From positions 62,001-126,000 of the forward strand of contig JBEUKZ010000098.1 of the NCBI GenBank assembly GCA_048128005.1: a stretch of DNA of 64,000 nucleotides, in the 5' to 3' direction. The notes under the pieces are model-generated. The model searched no databases. It saw only the letters and a list, made by a program, of their open reading frames with translations, and was not told the DNA's origin. Position 1 is the stretch's first letter. Each line of letters begins with the position of its first letter. Position numbers and translations under genes: made by a program. This DNA comes from Veleropilina oligotropha (taxonomy: Eukaryota). This document shows, piece by piece, positions 14,245 to 24,800 of the stretch.

Positions 14245-14360
14245 CATCAACTCTCTGAGAGAGCATTGCAGTCAAGCTGCCACTGACGGGCGCTACGACT
14301 AATTATCACAACGACCAGGTGCCCATTTAGATCGGCTGGGTGAACCGAGGCAAACAGCAC
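14245..14360 (-). mobile_element. SINE fragment, same family as 20833-21149
   Basis: ccaggtgcccatttagatcggctgggtgaaccgaggc is the reverse complement of the SINE core gcctctgtccacccagccgatctgaatgggtacctgg. Confidence 0.65.
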
Positions 14361-15933
14361 ATAGATGTTTATAACAATTTTTCAATCAAAATCATTCTAC
14401 TTTGAGTGATAAAATAAATTGATGCTCTGTGCAATGGTGACCCTAACCCTGTGAAACATCCTCAGCACACCAGGGGATGGAACTCCAGAATCTTAATTGT
14501 AGTCCATCGTAATAACCTCTCTACTATGTCACCCTCCCAACTTTTCAGGATGACAGAATTTATGGAAGCATTAAAATATATGGGAATGCTAAATAGGCAG
14601 TTAGGTTTTCACATGTCATATGTCACATATTCAGGTGCATGATGAACGAGTTACAAACCAAACATCATGGTTCAAACCAGTATGTGAACAGCATTGATCC
14701 CTGCATTAGCAGTGATAAAATCTTCATTGCACAAAGAATCAATTATTTCATCATTTAAGCGGCAACTGACAGACTTTTTTACTACAACCTTGGTGGTTAC
14801 TAAAATATTCATCTGTCAGAAATAAAACAACGATAAACCACATGCCATCATATAATGAAAATATTTGTTGTCATTAACAAATAAATAAATTAATATTTAT
14901 AAATTTCTATAATTATTATAGTCTTCTATAAAATATCAGTAACATTCAAGTACACACACACTTTTTATAATTATATAACAATATTTACAAACAGTTTAAT
15001 ATCTTCTGATCGTGTAACAGTAACAGGTGCATTAATATTTAGAGATTTGTTATCTTACAGTACATGACCCAAGAGAATATTGAAGAATGGCAATATCAGA
15101 GCATGTTTTAGCTGCCAGTGACTTTGGGAATATCGAGGCTATTGCCAAAGTTGCTTAGCAACGCAGTCAGGCGAGTTTATAGCATGACGGACTACTGAAA
15201 GCGAGATAGAGATTGCGTATTTAAGGATTAAAAATTGGAAATATATATTTACTTTGAAACAATATTTTCTAACAATTACGACGTTTCGGTCAGTCTATTG
15301 CGGACCTTGAAACGTCATAATCGTTTCGAAAATATTGTTTCCAAGTAGGTAAATCTATATTTACCGTTTTATATTGTCCATTTGATTCTTGAAACCATGA
15401 ACAATTTATTCCATAAACAGCTTGTAATCGCAGCTACCGTGGAACGAATACAAGTTTGAACACCAGATTACAGTAAATACATATGGATGGTATCAAGCCA
15501 AATGCTCGCCTATATATACACTACCAGATGGCCCGGTGCCATAAATGTTCTAAATATTAATATACTAGTAATAATAGTTGACATTGTGTAAGATTGCATT
15601 ATAAATTCCTCTAGTACCCACATCCATGCATTAATGCCGGATAAAGCACTACCAACATATTGCACATGCCTAAGAATTAAGTGTTACCTTGGAGGTTGCG
15701 CTTTGAACAGTGTAAACTGTGTGGTCAAACTGGTCATTAGCTACTCCAACAACAACAGAGGTCAACGATCTGACATTAGACGTCACAGCGATGCATGGAG
15801 TTTGATCTTTAAGACAGTCATCAGCTCAACCTCACATGGTCGAGACACTGAGGCTAAAGCTCTATTATATTGTCCACATAATTTATGAAATATAATCATT
15901 AGTAAAAGGACACCTGTTCAAGAGACACCTTAT

Positions 15934-17345
15934 GTCCTGTTAGCCTCACTTCCATTGTCTGCAAATGCCTTGAGAAATTGGTAAGGACATCTATTGTTAA
16001 TCATTTACTTGAAAATAACCTTATATCAGACGCCCAGTTTGGTTTTCGCTCTGGTCGCTCGTGTGTTTTGCAACTTCTTGACGTAATGGAAGATTGGTCA
16101 ACATTTGTGGAGAATGGCGAGTCGTGGGACACAGTGTATTTAGACTTTGCCAAGGCATTTGATAGCGTACCTCATCAGCGTTTGATTCAGAAACTTTCTT
16201 CATACGGCATTAAGGAAAACCTATTGTCATGGGTAACAGATTTTCTGACGGATCGACGACAGTACGTTGCAGTTAAAGGTAAAAGCTCTTCATGGCAGGA
16301 TGTTTTGAGTGGTGTACCACAAGGCAGTGTGTTAGGCCCTGTACTTTTTATCATATACATTAATGACTTGCCCGAGGTAGTTGACAGCTCAATCAAAATA
16401 TTTGCTGACGATACAAAGTTATACTCTAAGGATGGTGACCATGATATACTTCAACAAGACTTAGACTCATTATGCTCTTGGGCAAACCTGTGGCAATTAC
16501 GTTTTAATGTTAGCAAATGCAAGATTATTCACTATGGTCGTCGAAATGAAGAATACAATTATAGTATGAATGCAATGAATTTAGAAACGGTGACCGAAGA
16601 GAAAGATCTCGGTATTATATTCCAACAAGACCTGAAATACAGTAATCATATCGCGTCGAAGGTAAACAAAGCTAATAGTATGCTTTCCTTAATAGTTCGA
16701 TCATTTGACTTTATTGAAAAAGACTCTTTCATTTTGCTCTATAAAGCTATGGTTCGTCCACATGTTGAATATGGAAATACAATTTGGTATCCACATTTGA
16801 GAAAAGATATTATTAGCGTTGAAAAAGTTCAAAGGCGTGCAACGAAATTAGTACCACAATTGAAGGACTTGTGTTATGAAGATCGATTGAAAGAGTTGAA
16901 GCTTCCAACATTAGAACACAGAAGAAGAAGAGGGGACATGATACAAACGTTTAAAATCATACACGGCATAGAGGATATTTCGTCTGAAAGATTTTTCACC
17001 ATTGTACCAAACTCGAATACTCGTGGACATGTACTTAAGCTGGCTAAACCACGCTGTACCACATCATTCAGACTTCGACAGTTTTCCCAAAGAATAATCA
17101 ATGAATGGAACTCACTACCTCAGTATGTTGTATGTGCAAAAGACACCAATGATTTTAAGTCAAAATTGGATCGGAACTGGAACCATGACATTATATATCG
17201 ATACTAAGTAACCACGTGTGTATGTGTGACTTCCCACATATATACCTACTGATTGTGACACTTGAAAAACAAACCTGTACCCTGTAATGATGTTGAACAT
17301 ACGATGCAAGCATATATACCAGGATTCAGTATCTGAAGAATTCCT
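15934..17345 (+). mobile_element. CR1-clade LINE, 5'-truncated, with uninterrupted RT ORF (15978-17207) and 3' UTR
   Basis: Frame starts at PVSLTSIVCK. Motifs YLDFAKAFDSVPH, GVPQGSVLGP, FADDTK, EKDLGI, VRPHVEYG, LEHRRRRGDMI, TRGHVLKL and FSQRIINEWNSLP are typical of CR1 ORF2. Confidence 0.93.
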
Positions 17346-17564
17346 GCACAAAGTGGGCTAAAAAAGGAGATATCTCCTAACCTCAGAGCCCAGAAATCAT
17401 CCTAAGGTATATTGTGACACTGTCATCACATGTGCAGTAATGTGCATCAAGACATCCCTGTGTGGTGTTAACTCGATAGATTTACCATCACATTATTTAC
17501 TTATTAATGACTTATCACAGAAAGATCGAAATCGTTACTTAAATAGTCCCAAGTAATTATTTTT

Positions 17565-18527
17565 TCACTTTTTGTCTTGAGTTTTACGTTTATAAATCAA
17601 TGTAGCCATGCCTAAAATCCAAAGACCCCAGCTTAAGTAATACATTGTTGCAGCGAATGTTCTATCACTTTGACTGCTCTGTCTAACTTCTTCCCACTGT
17701 TGTTCTTTGGCTGCTCTAGCATTTCGTCTGTCATATGAATAGTGCATCCTATAATGTGTATCGTAATCGTATATCGGACTGCGTCCTGTATACGGAGTTC
17801 TAGGTCTGGGTTTGAACTGTTGTCTCCGAATAAATGCATGGTAGTCGTCGTCACTGGCCGCTGACGACGCAGCATATCTGGAGCGTGGATCGCCTCGATG
17901 CATGATGCCTCTATCATACTCTCGCCGTTTCCGCACATTGCCCAAAATTTCGTACGCTTCGGATATCTTATTAAACATCACCGCTGTATTGTGGGATTTG
18001 TTGATGTCTGGATGGTAGAGCTTCGACTTTGCATAGTAAGCAGCCTTGATCTCAGACTGCTTTGCATCTGGAGCTATCTCCAAAACGTCATAGTAGTAAG
18101 TAGAACTTCGTACTTTTCCAGCACGAGTTGTATATTTTCTCTGACTTGCATAATTATGATTTAGGGAAGTACATTTTAAAAATATTTGTAGGTTACTGTA
18201 ATTACATAAATGTTCCCTTGACATTTGCTCTGGTCGTTTCACTCCGGTACCCGAATTCATTAACGAATGAGAATTTGATAGTTCGCGAAATGTTGAGCAG
18301 TCGACACTCAGAACTATATTTCTACTGCCGTCTTTGCATAACTTCGTCATAGAAATGTGCGAACCGCAGTCGAAATCTGCAACTTGCTGTCCTTCGTCGT
18401 CAAACATGCGCTCGTCCACTGTTTCCCATGTATGTCTATATTTAACCATAGCAAATGATAATTGAAAAGGAAGCATTCTCATATACCGGCTGCAAAATTT
18501 AACTCCCTTGAAAGTCACAGAGGCCAT
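17565..18527 (-). CDS. DNAJC30: DnaJ homolog subfamily C member 30-like (J-domain protein with C-terminal TM helix), single exon; start codon uncertain (ATGs at 18527 to 18350)
   Basis: J domain YYDVLEI...EIKAAYYAKSKLYHPDIN...FNKISEAYEILGNVRKRREYDRG, the DNAJC30-type YDYDTHYRMHY segment and a hydrophobic C-terminus. Intronless and head-to-head with BUD23. Confidence 0.85.
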   Translation of the reverse strand: MASVTFKGVKFCSRYMRMLPFQLSFAMVKYRHTWETVDERMFDDEGQQVADFDCGSHISMTKLCKDGSRNIVLSVDCSTFRELSNSHSLMNSGTGVKRPEQMSREHLCNYSNLQIFLKCTSLNHNYASQRKYTTRAGKVRSSTYYYDVLEIAPDAKQSEIKAAYYAKSKLYHPDINKSHNTAVMFNKISEAYEILGNVRKRREYDRGIMHRGDPRSRYAASSAASDDDYHAFIRRQQFKPRPRTPYTGRSPIYDYDTHYRMHYSYDRRNARAAKEQQWEEVRQSSQSDRTFAATMYYLSWGLWILGMATLIYKRKTQDKK

Positions 18528-18888
18528 AATTGAATATGCGATTGATTGGGAATATGGAATACATAACCACAAAGTTTATTTATTTGTAAGATAAGAGCTA
18601 CCAAGGAATTATACGTGGAAATAAAGTTTGACAGTAAGGCGTATCTCCCTGTCATCTTATGTTCCAATTAATTTTCAATTTATGTACACATAGCATATTA
18701 TATGACCAGGTCACAAATTTCCCATAATAATTCCGGTCTCCAATAGATTATGTGATGTGAATTGAAGAGCCATATATGCATCACGAAATAACACAATCAA
18801 GAGTAATTTGCGCTATCCCGCGCGTGTATATTTATAATTAATATAATACTTCGGCGTAATTGACGACTTTGGTTGTTGCTGTTTAAGT
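18528..18888. promoter_or_regulatory. Putative bidirectional promoter between DNAJC30 and BUD23
   Basis: Divergent ATGs at most ~540 bp apart; weak Staf/ZNF143-like aatttcccataat at ~18716-18728. Confidence 0.55.
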
Positions 18889-21800
18889 ATGGCTTCAGGT
18901 GGACGTCCAGAGAGGCAAGCGCCGGCTGAAATAGTAAGGTCTTACTCTTAGCAATCTGGCAAATGAAATTCAAACGGGGTGTGATTATCTGAACACGACA
19001 CACGAAGAAAGTTCTTAACTAACACAGGCAAAGTTTGGTTAAATATATACGATGTATAATGAAATTTGCGAGATAAATTTGGTATCTCCAATACAAAAGG
19101 TAGTTTTTACCCCCCAGGTTACTATTAATAATACTAACGGGAAGGGGGGGGGGGGATCTTCGATCGCCCAGTCTGTTTGTCCGTCCGTCTGTCTGTATGT
19201 AATCGATATCGTTTCCGGAGCATTTCTCTTACACCGCTCGACATACCTTTACGATACTTGCAGGGTGTATTAAGTAGTTGGTGAACTGGTGCCTTTTCCC
19301 AGTTTCGACGTTGAGCGACGATTATTAACTGAGTTACTGCCCTTGTTGTAAATTCGCTAATGTTATTTTTTCCGAACCGTATCTCATACACCGCTCAACA
19401 TAACTTTACGATACTTGCAGGGTGTATTAAGTAGTCTGTGAACTGGTTCCTTTTACCACTTTCGACATCGATCAGCGATTATTAACAGAGTTACTACTCT
19501 TGTTGTAAATTCGCTAATGTTATCTTTTCCGGACCGTAGGAAAATACATATCAGCCAATCAGATCACAGCCTTTTATCAGCCCCGAAGAGCTAATCGGCA
19601 ATCGCCATAGCCTCGGACAAACAACAGCAGTCTTGCAGTTGTCAGAGTGCTAAAATTGCATTTATTAGAGTGTTGTTATTAATTTATTTAATGTGTAAAC
19701 ATTGAAAAAGTATTTGGTAAATAAAGAAGTTGCATAAACACATTTGTGTAGCGAACATAGAGATACAACACAGTAACTAATTGGGGGAAATTATCGAGTA
19801 ACTGTTGTAATACACAAAAGACATAGTTAGCAATTAACCAGCGGCATATCTCAATCAGAAAAAACAGTTTTAGCCAAGTCAGATCAGAACAGACAAACAT
19901 AGTCCTACCTACATGGCATAAACAATGACGTATAGCCAATACAAGGGTAGGGGGTAGGCCTACGAACAAACCTCTGTGTCAAAATAAAAATGACAAAAAT
20001 GGTCAAAATTGCTTGTAATAAATATCGTATTTGCACATTCAGAATGCAGGAGATGGGGTTTCATGTCATAAATTATTTATTAAAACTTTGTCCGCCTCAC
20101 TCCATGCAGACAGTCGATAGTACATGTAGTACAGGCATATATTGACAACCTACCTAGTTCAAATTTACAATCGATTAAATCGACTCTGCTGTTGTAACGA
20201 AGATTTATTTAATATTATTTGTATCAAATGATAATGGATAAGAAAACATTTCTTCATGAATTGCCCAGTCAGCTTATTTAGCGATTAGGCTAATATAAAC
20301 CACTTTCAATAAAGGGTTGCATATCATTTCTTCTCCATATTCAGTTCTTCAGTTTAAATGCCATTGTCGCGGTTGATTTCTCCATCTGTATATCTTCACA
20401 TTTTACGTCTATATATTCAAATAAATCCAAATAGTAAATTACCTATCGTCTGTTGGGTTGTTTACCTTTCATATATATTTAACGGATAATTTGTGTATTA
20501 AATCCTTAAAATCTGCCACATTGGGGTGATAATTGGGGGTACATCCTTGTCAAAAAGTCTGTAACTCAATAGGCATAATTGTTAAGTCACAGTAGTATGT
20601 CCGAGGGACCCCTGTCAGCGAGTCACGTGACTATAGGCTTGGCGTCGTCGTAGCAGCAACCTGGAGTCGTCTATTGCAACGATGTGCAGCGATTAATAAC
20701 AGAGATATTGCCCTTGTTGTAAATTTGTTAATGTTCTATTTTCCGGAGCATATCTCATAAACCGATTAGCATATCTTTATGAAATTTGGTAGTTGTATTC
20801 AGTAGTCTGTGAACTGGTGCCTTTTGCTAATTGAATGTGCCGTCGTGGCTCAGTGGGTTGTTCATAGGACTCTGGTCACAGAGTCTCGCGGTCACCCCAA
20901 AGCTCGGCGATTTCACTTGGGCAAGGAAATAAGCATATATTCGCCTCTGTCCACCCAGCCGATCTGAATGGGTACCTGGTTGGCAGTTATGTAAGTCATG
21001 GCGCTACACGCATGTAAAATGACTGTAATGCTCTCGGAGGGAGTTGAGATGGCATATAGAGTGGAACAGGCCCATAACCAGGGGTAATAAAAATGTTTAG
21101 CGCATTGAGACATATGCGTACGAATGCGCTATATAAGACCGTTACATTATTTTGCTAATTTCGACGTTGTGCGATGATTCATTAGAGTTATTGCCCTTGT
21201 TGTAAATTCGTTAATGTTTCCTTTGGAATTAACCATTGCAGGGGATATTGATGGCTCTGTCTTCTTGCTTACACTTAAAAACTGAGATGTAGTGTTAAAA
21301 TTAACGTTCACCTGGGGGGATACGTCTTCTTCTTCTTTTTGGTAATTCCATGTTTACTGGTGTTCTTACCTTGTGTTAAAATTTGAAAGAAATCTGACAA
21401 GTAGAAAGTATCAATCAGGATGAACAATGCCCATTCAAAATCACCATTGAACCATGAAAGTAGCGATAAAGCGCTTGGCACAGTAAACACACAATCGCGG
21501 TGACAGGGGTCAAATTAAGGTAGAGTACAATGCATAGAGTTCTATTGTTAATTACATTGCAAGAAAATAATATTACTGGATAATTAAACTATCTCTGGAA
21601 GTCGTTAGATTATCTGACTTCATGAGATTTATGTCATTTCGGGAGACTCCCAGAGTAGGCCATTTAGGGGGTGCCGATTCCCGGAAAAATTTACTCCCGG
21701 CCGGAAGTATCACATGCATGACAGTCAGACATGCAAACCGACCGAATTGCAATAATTGCCATAACAAGATCCAGATTGACATATTTTTGGTATTTCCAGG

Positions 21801-24800
21801 GGGTAGTTTGCATTTTAAGGGTCCCCTGGGTACTATTCGTTCATATACCCATAATCAATATCCAATTTGGACACTATTTACGGACATTACCTTACAATAT
21901 GGGCATTAGGGTTTAGGAGTGTATTCTATGGGCATTAGGGTCTGTGTATTAGCAAGCAGGGTTAGCTAACCCTATACTGGGACCCTTAAACCGCAAAAGT
22001 GCCCCACCGCTGACAAACAGACATACGAACTGGCCAAATTGTTGTCTCTCGTACTGAAAAAGGAAATATTTGGTTAGGAACGATGGTTAATGTACCATAT
22101 ATAGTTACAAACATACTTACGTCCTTACTCTTGCCATAATAGTAATATTATTGCCAAACCGGAAACAGTGAATAAGTCACGTTATGCACTATTAATAAGT
22201 CAAAGACGCAAAAACGTACCACGGTTACCTCCCCTGCTCCTCCTCAGCCACGTTCCCCCGCGAGACCTCGCCAAGTCTCGCGAGACTTCTGAACCATAGA
22301 AGTCACATGACATCAATTCAAAGTTTTCCGCTGCCGCGGAAAGACGTTGTTTTGCTCCGCAAATATTTCGAAATAGGCGCCCGATTTCATGTTAAATCTG
22401 GGCGCAGTATTGTACTTATATCGATATAAGTAGTGGAATATAACCCTGTGTTGTGGATATAAAACACAAGTGAATATAAGAAGAGTGATTCTCAAAACTT
22501 CGAGGAAGTTCTGGACATCAAGTGAAACCGACATCGTCGTCAAGGACGCCGTGGCTGTTAAAAATGGCCGCCTAGAGGGAAAGTTTCGAGTTTAGCTGAA
22601 ATTTCTGGTCGGTATAATTATCTGATATTGTTTGAGACTGCAAACAGGTAACTCATTATATTGGATAATTCCTTAACAACGCTATTTGCTGGTTATTTAT
22701 TATTATATAAAAAATTTCTAGCGTTGTTAAAAGGCAGGATCTTTTGATATCACGCTTGCGTTTTTTCTGATATCCTGCCGTTGCTGGGATAATACGCCAT
22801 TGTACTAACATAAAAACATCCACGAGGTTTACAGGTGTTTTCTGGGCGGTTTTTTCGAGGAAAGAACCACCGATTGTTTTAGTCAATTTGCCGGGTTACC
22901 GGGTCGGTCGGGTAAAATACCCGACCTCGGTGTTCCCAGTTCGGGTTCTTATTAACGGTATATCGCTTGATCTTTGATCTTCAGATCAGGACAATTCTGT
23001 GAGTTGTCGTAGTACTCCATCCAAGGAAAGAAGTCACAACTACCATATATATACCTATTTACCTACCCGTCTACCCATGTCCACCCGCCCGTGTATTTAG
23101 CTATGGTCCGGTGCAGTAGCTCCGGGTGTAACCAGAAAATTCACGGATTTGATAGGCACAAGGAATGTCGTATTCACCGTAGCTGTAATATACAACATCA
23201 ATGTGATCTGTGCTTTCTTCTATCAGATAAGCAGTGGGCAGTCCTGTCTCACCAGGGTAAGTCGACCAGGGCGGCTGCCACGGTGGGTCCTCCCCCGGAG
23301 AAGGGTCATGAAGAGACCGGTAAGTTACAACATAATGTTTCTTCATTGTCTGCTTCAGGGACGCTGGACGACAGCCGACACAAGGGGACGTCTGTCGCCG
23401 GATCCACCGGCGAAACCTCCGCGACTCTTCGGGGAGTCACCGAAACCTTGCCGGTACCCCAGATTCAGGTAAAGACCCGAGTGTCGACCGTTCCTCCACA
23501 ACTGGGCCTAGTAACTGCAGTCAGCCATACCTTGCCGGCTAGCAAGGTATACATGACAGCGCAGCGAACAGCTGAACAGGGCAGACTATCCCCATCCTTT
23601 TCTTCGGCCTCGAAGAATAAGGGGACAGTTAGTCCTTCTGCGGGAAACTCACCGTCTTCCTACGGTGACAGACCCAATGCAGAGAAAGCCTTTAAAGAGG
23701 CCGGGCACCTACTTGTAGGTCTAAGACTCGGACAATCGGCGAAACCTGAATCCTCGGTCGAGAACGATGCGACTTCCCCTAGGGGTTTTCCGCTCAACCT
23801 CGAAGCTCACGAGACATTCAGAGGGCCCGGTCTCTCCCGTGCACCCACCGTGGTCACGCTAGAGAACGTGGACAGACCGGCTGCGTTCGGGACGGGGTTC
23901 TACGGCGGTTTTCCGTCCGTGCCTCGCTCGAGCAGAGTGGTAGACCGATCAGAACTGTTGCCGCAGTCCTATCGGTCGTCCGGCCCACTGACTGTGCCTT
24001 CGGGCCAGTCCTTCGGGTTCGACCCCTCGACAAGTGCCCGTGGACCCTGGTCCTCGGTTCGACCTGTCAATGCAGCCCGTCTACCTAGCGCCACGGTTAC
24101 CTCGACAGAACTACCGGCTGTTAGTTCGTCGCCCGTCCTGCCTTCGGGTTTCTCTTTTGAGAACGTCCAGGCATGGATCGCGGCGGGGATCGAGGAACGG
24201 TGTAAGGCCTGGCCGACGGCTCCCCAGCCGCGCCTGGTACCTACACATCTGCCCATGGCGCAGAGCACGGCTCCTGCCTCAGTGATGGACATCGACCCTC
24301 GTTCCGACGAGGACCTCGGTTCCAATCACACCGACCTCCCTGAATCGGTCGGGCCCGAAGACATTAGTCTTACAGGCACGCAGGAGCCGACCTCCTCCAC
24401 CCGCCGAAGGCTCGACGCCGTTGCGTCACTTCGCGGGGTGCTTGGCTTGTCGGAACCGACTCGGTCGGCTGTAGACGTAGCCAAGCATAGGACGGCAGCA
24501 CATCGGTTTGTCAGTAGGGAAGCCCCCGAGCTCCCCTCCTTACCTCAGTCCGGGCTGGTAGATCTGGTTGTAGACTCGATCACCAAGCTCGTTCAGGGGC
24601 GCAATCCGGTGGAGTCCTCCCCGCTGAACGAGTTCCCTTCGGGGTTCCGTAGTGGGAGGTACCTCCGGGCCAGTACTCGAGCGATCCCGTTCGAATGCAC
24701 TGGTCCGTGCCTGGCGACTGAGCCGGCTCGTGTTGACGCTTCGTTGCGTCGACTGACCGCCAGTCACACTCCCTCCGTAGCGAAAGTTCCTTGGTCCGCC

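Noticed and set aside
18528..18572. TTG-initiated N-terminal extension of the DNAJC30 ORF
   Set aside because: Bacterial-style start from the ORF caller; a downstream ATG is more plausible.
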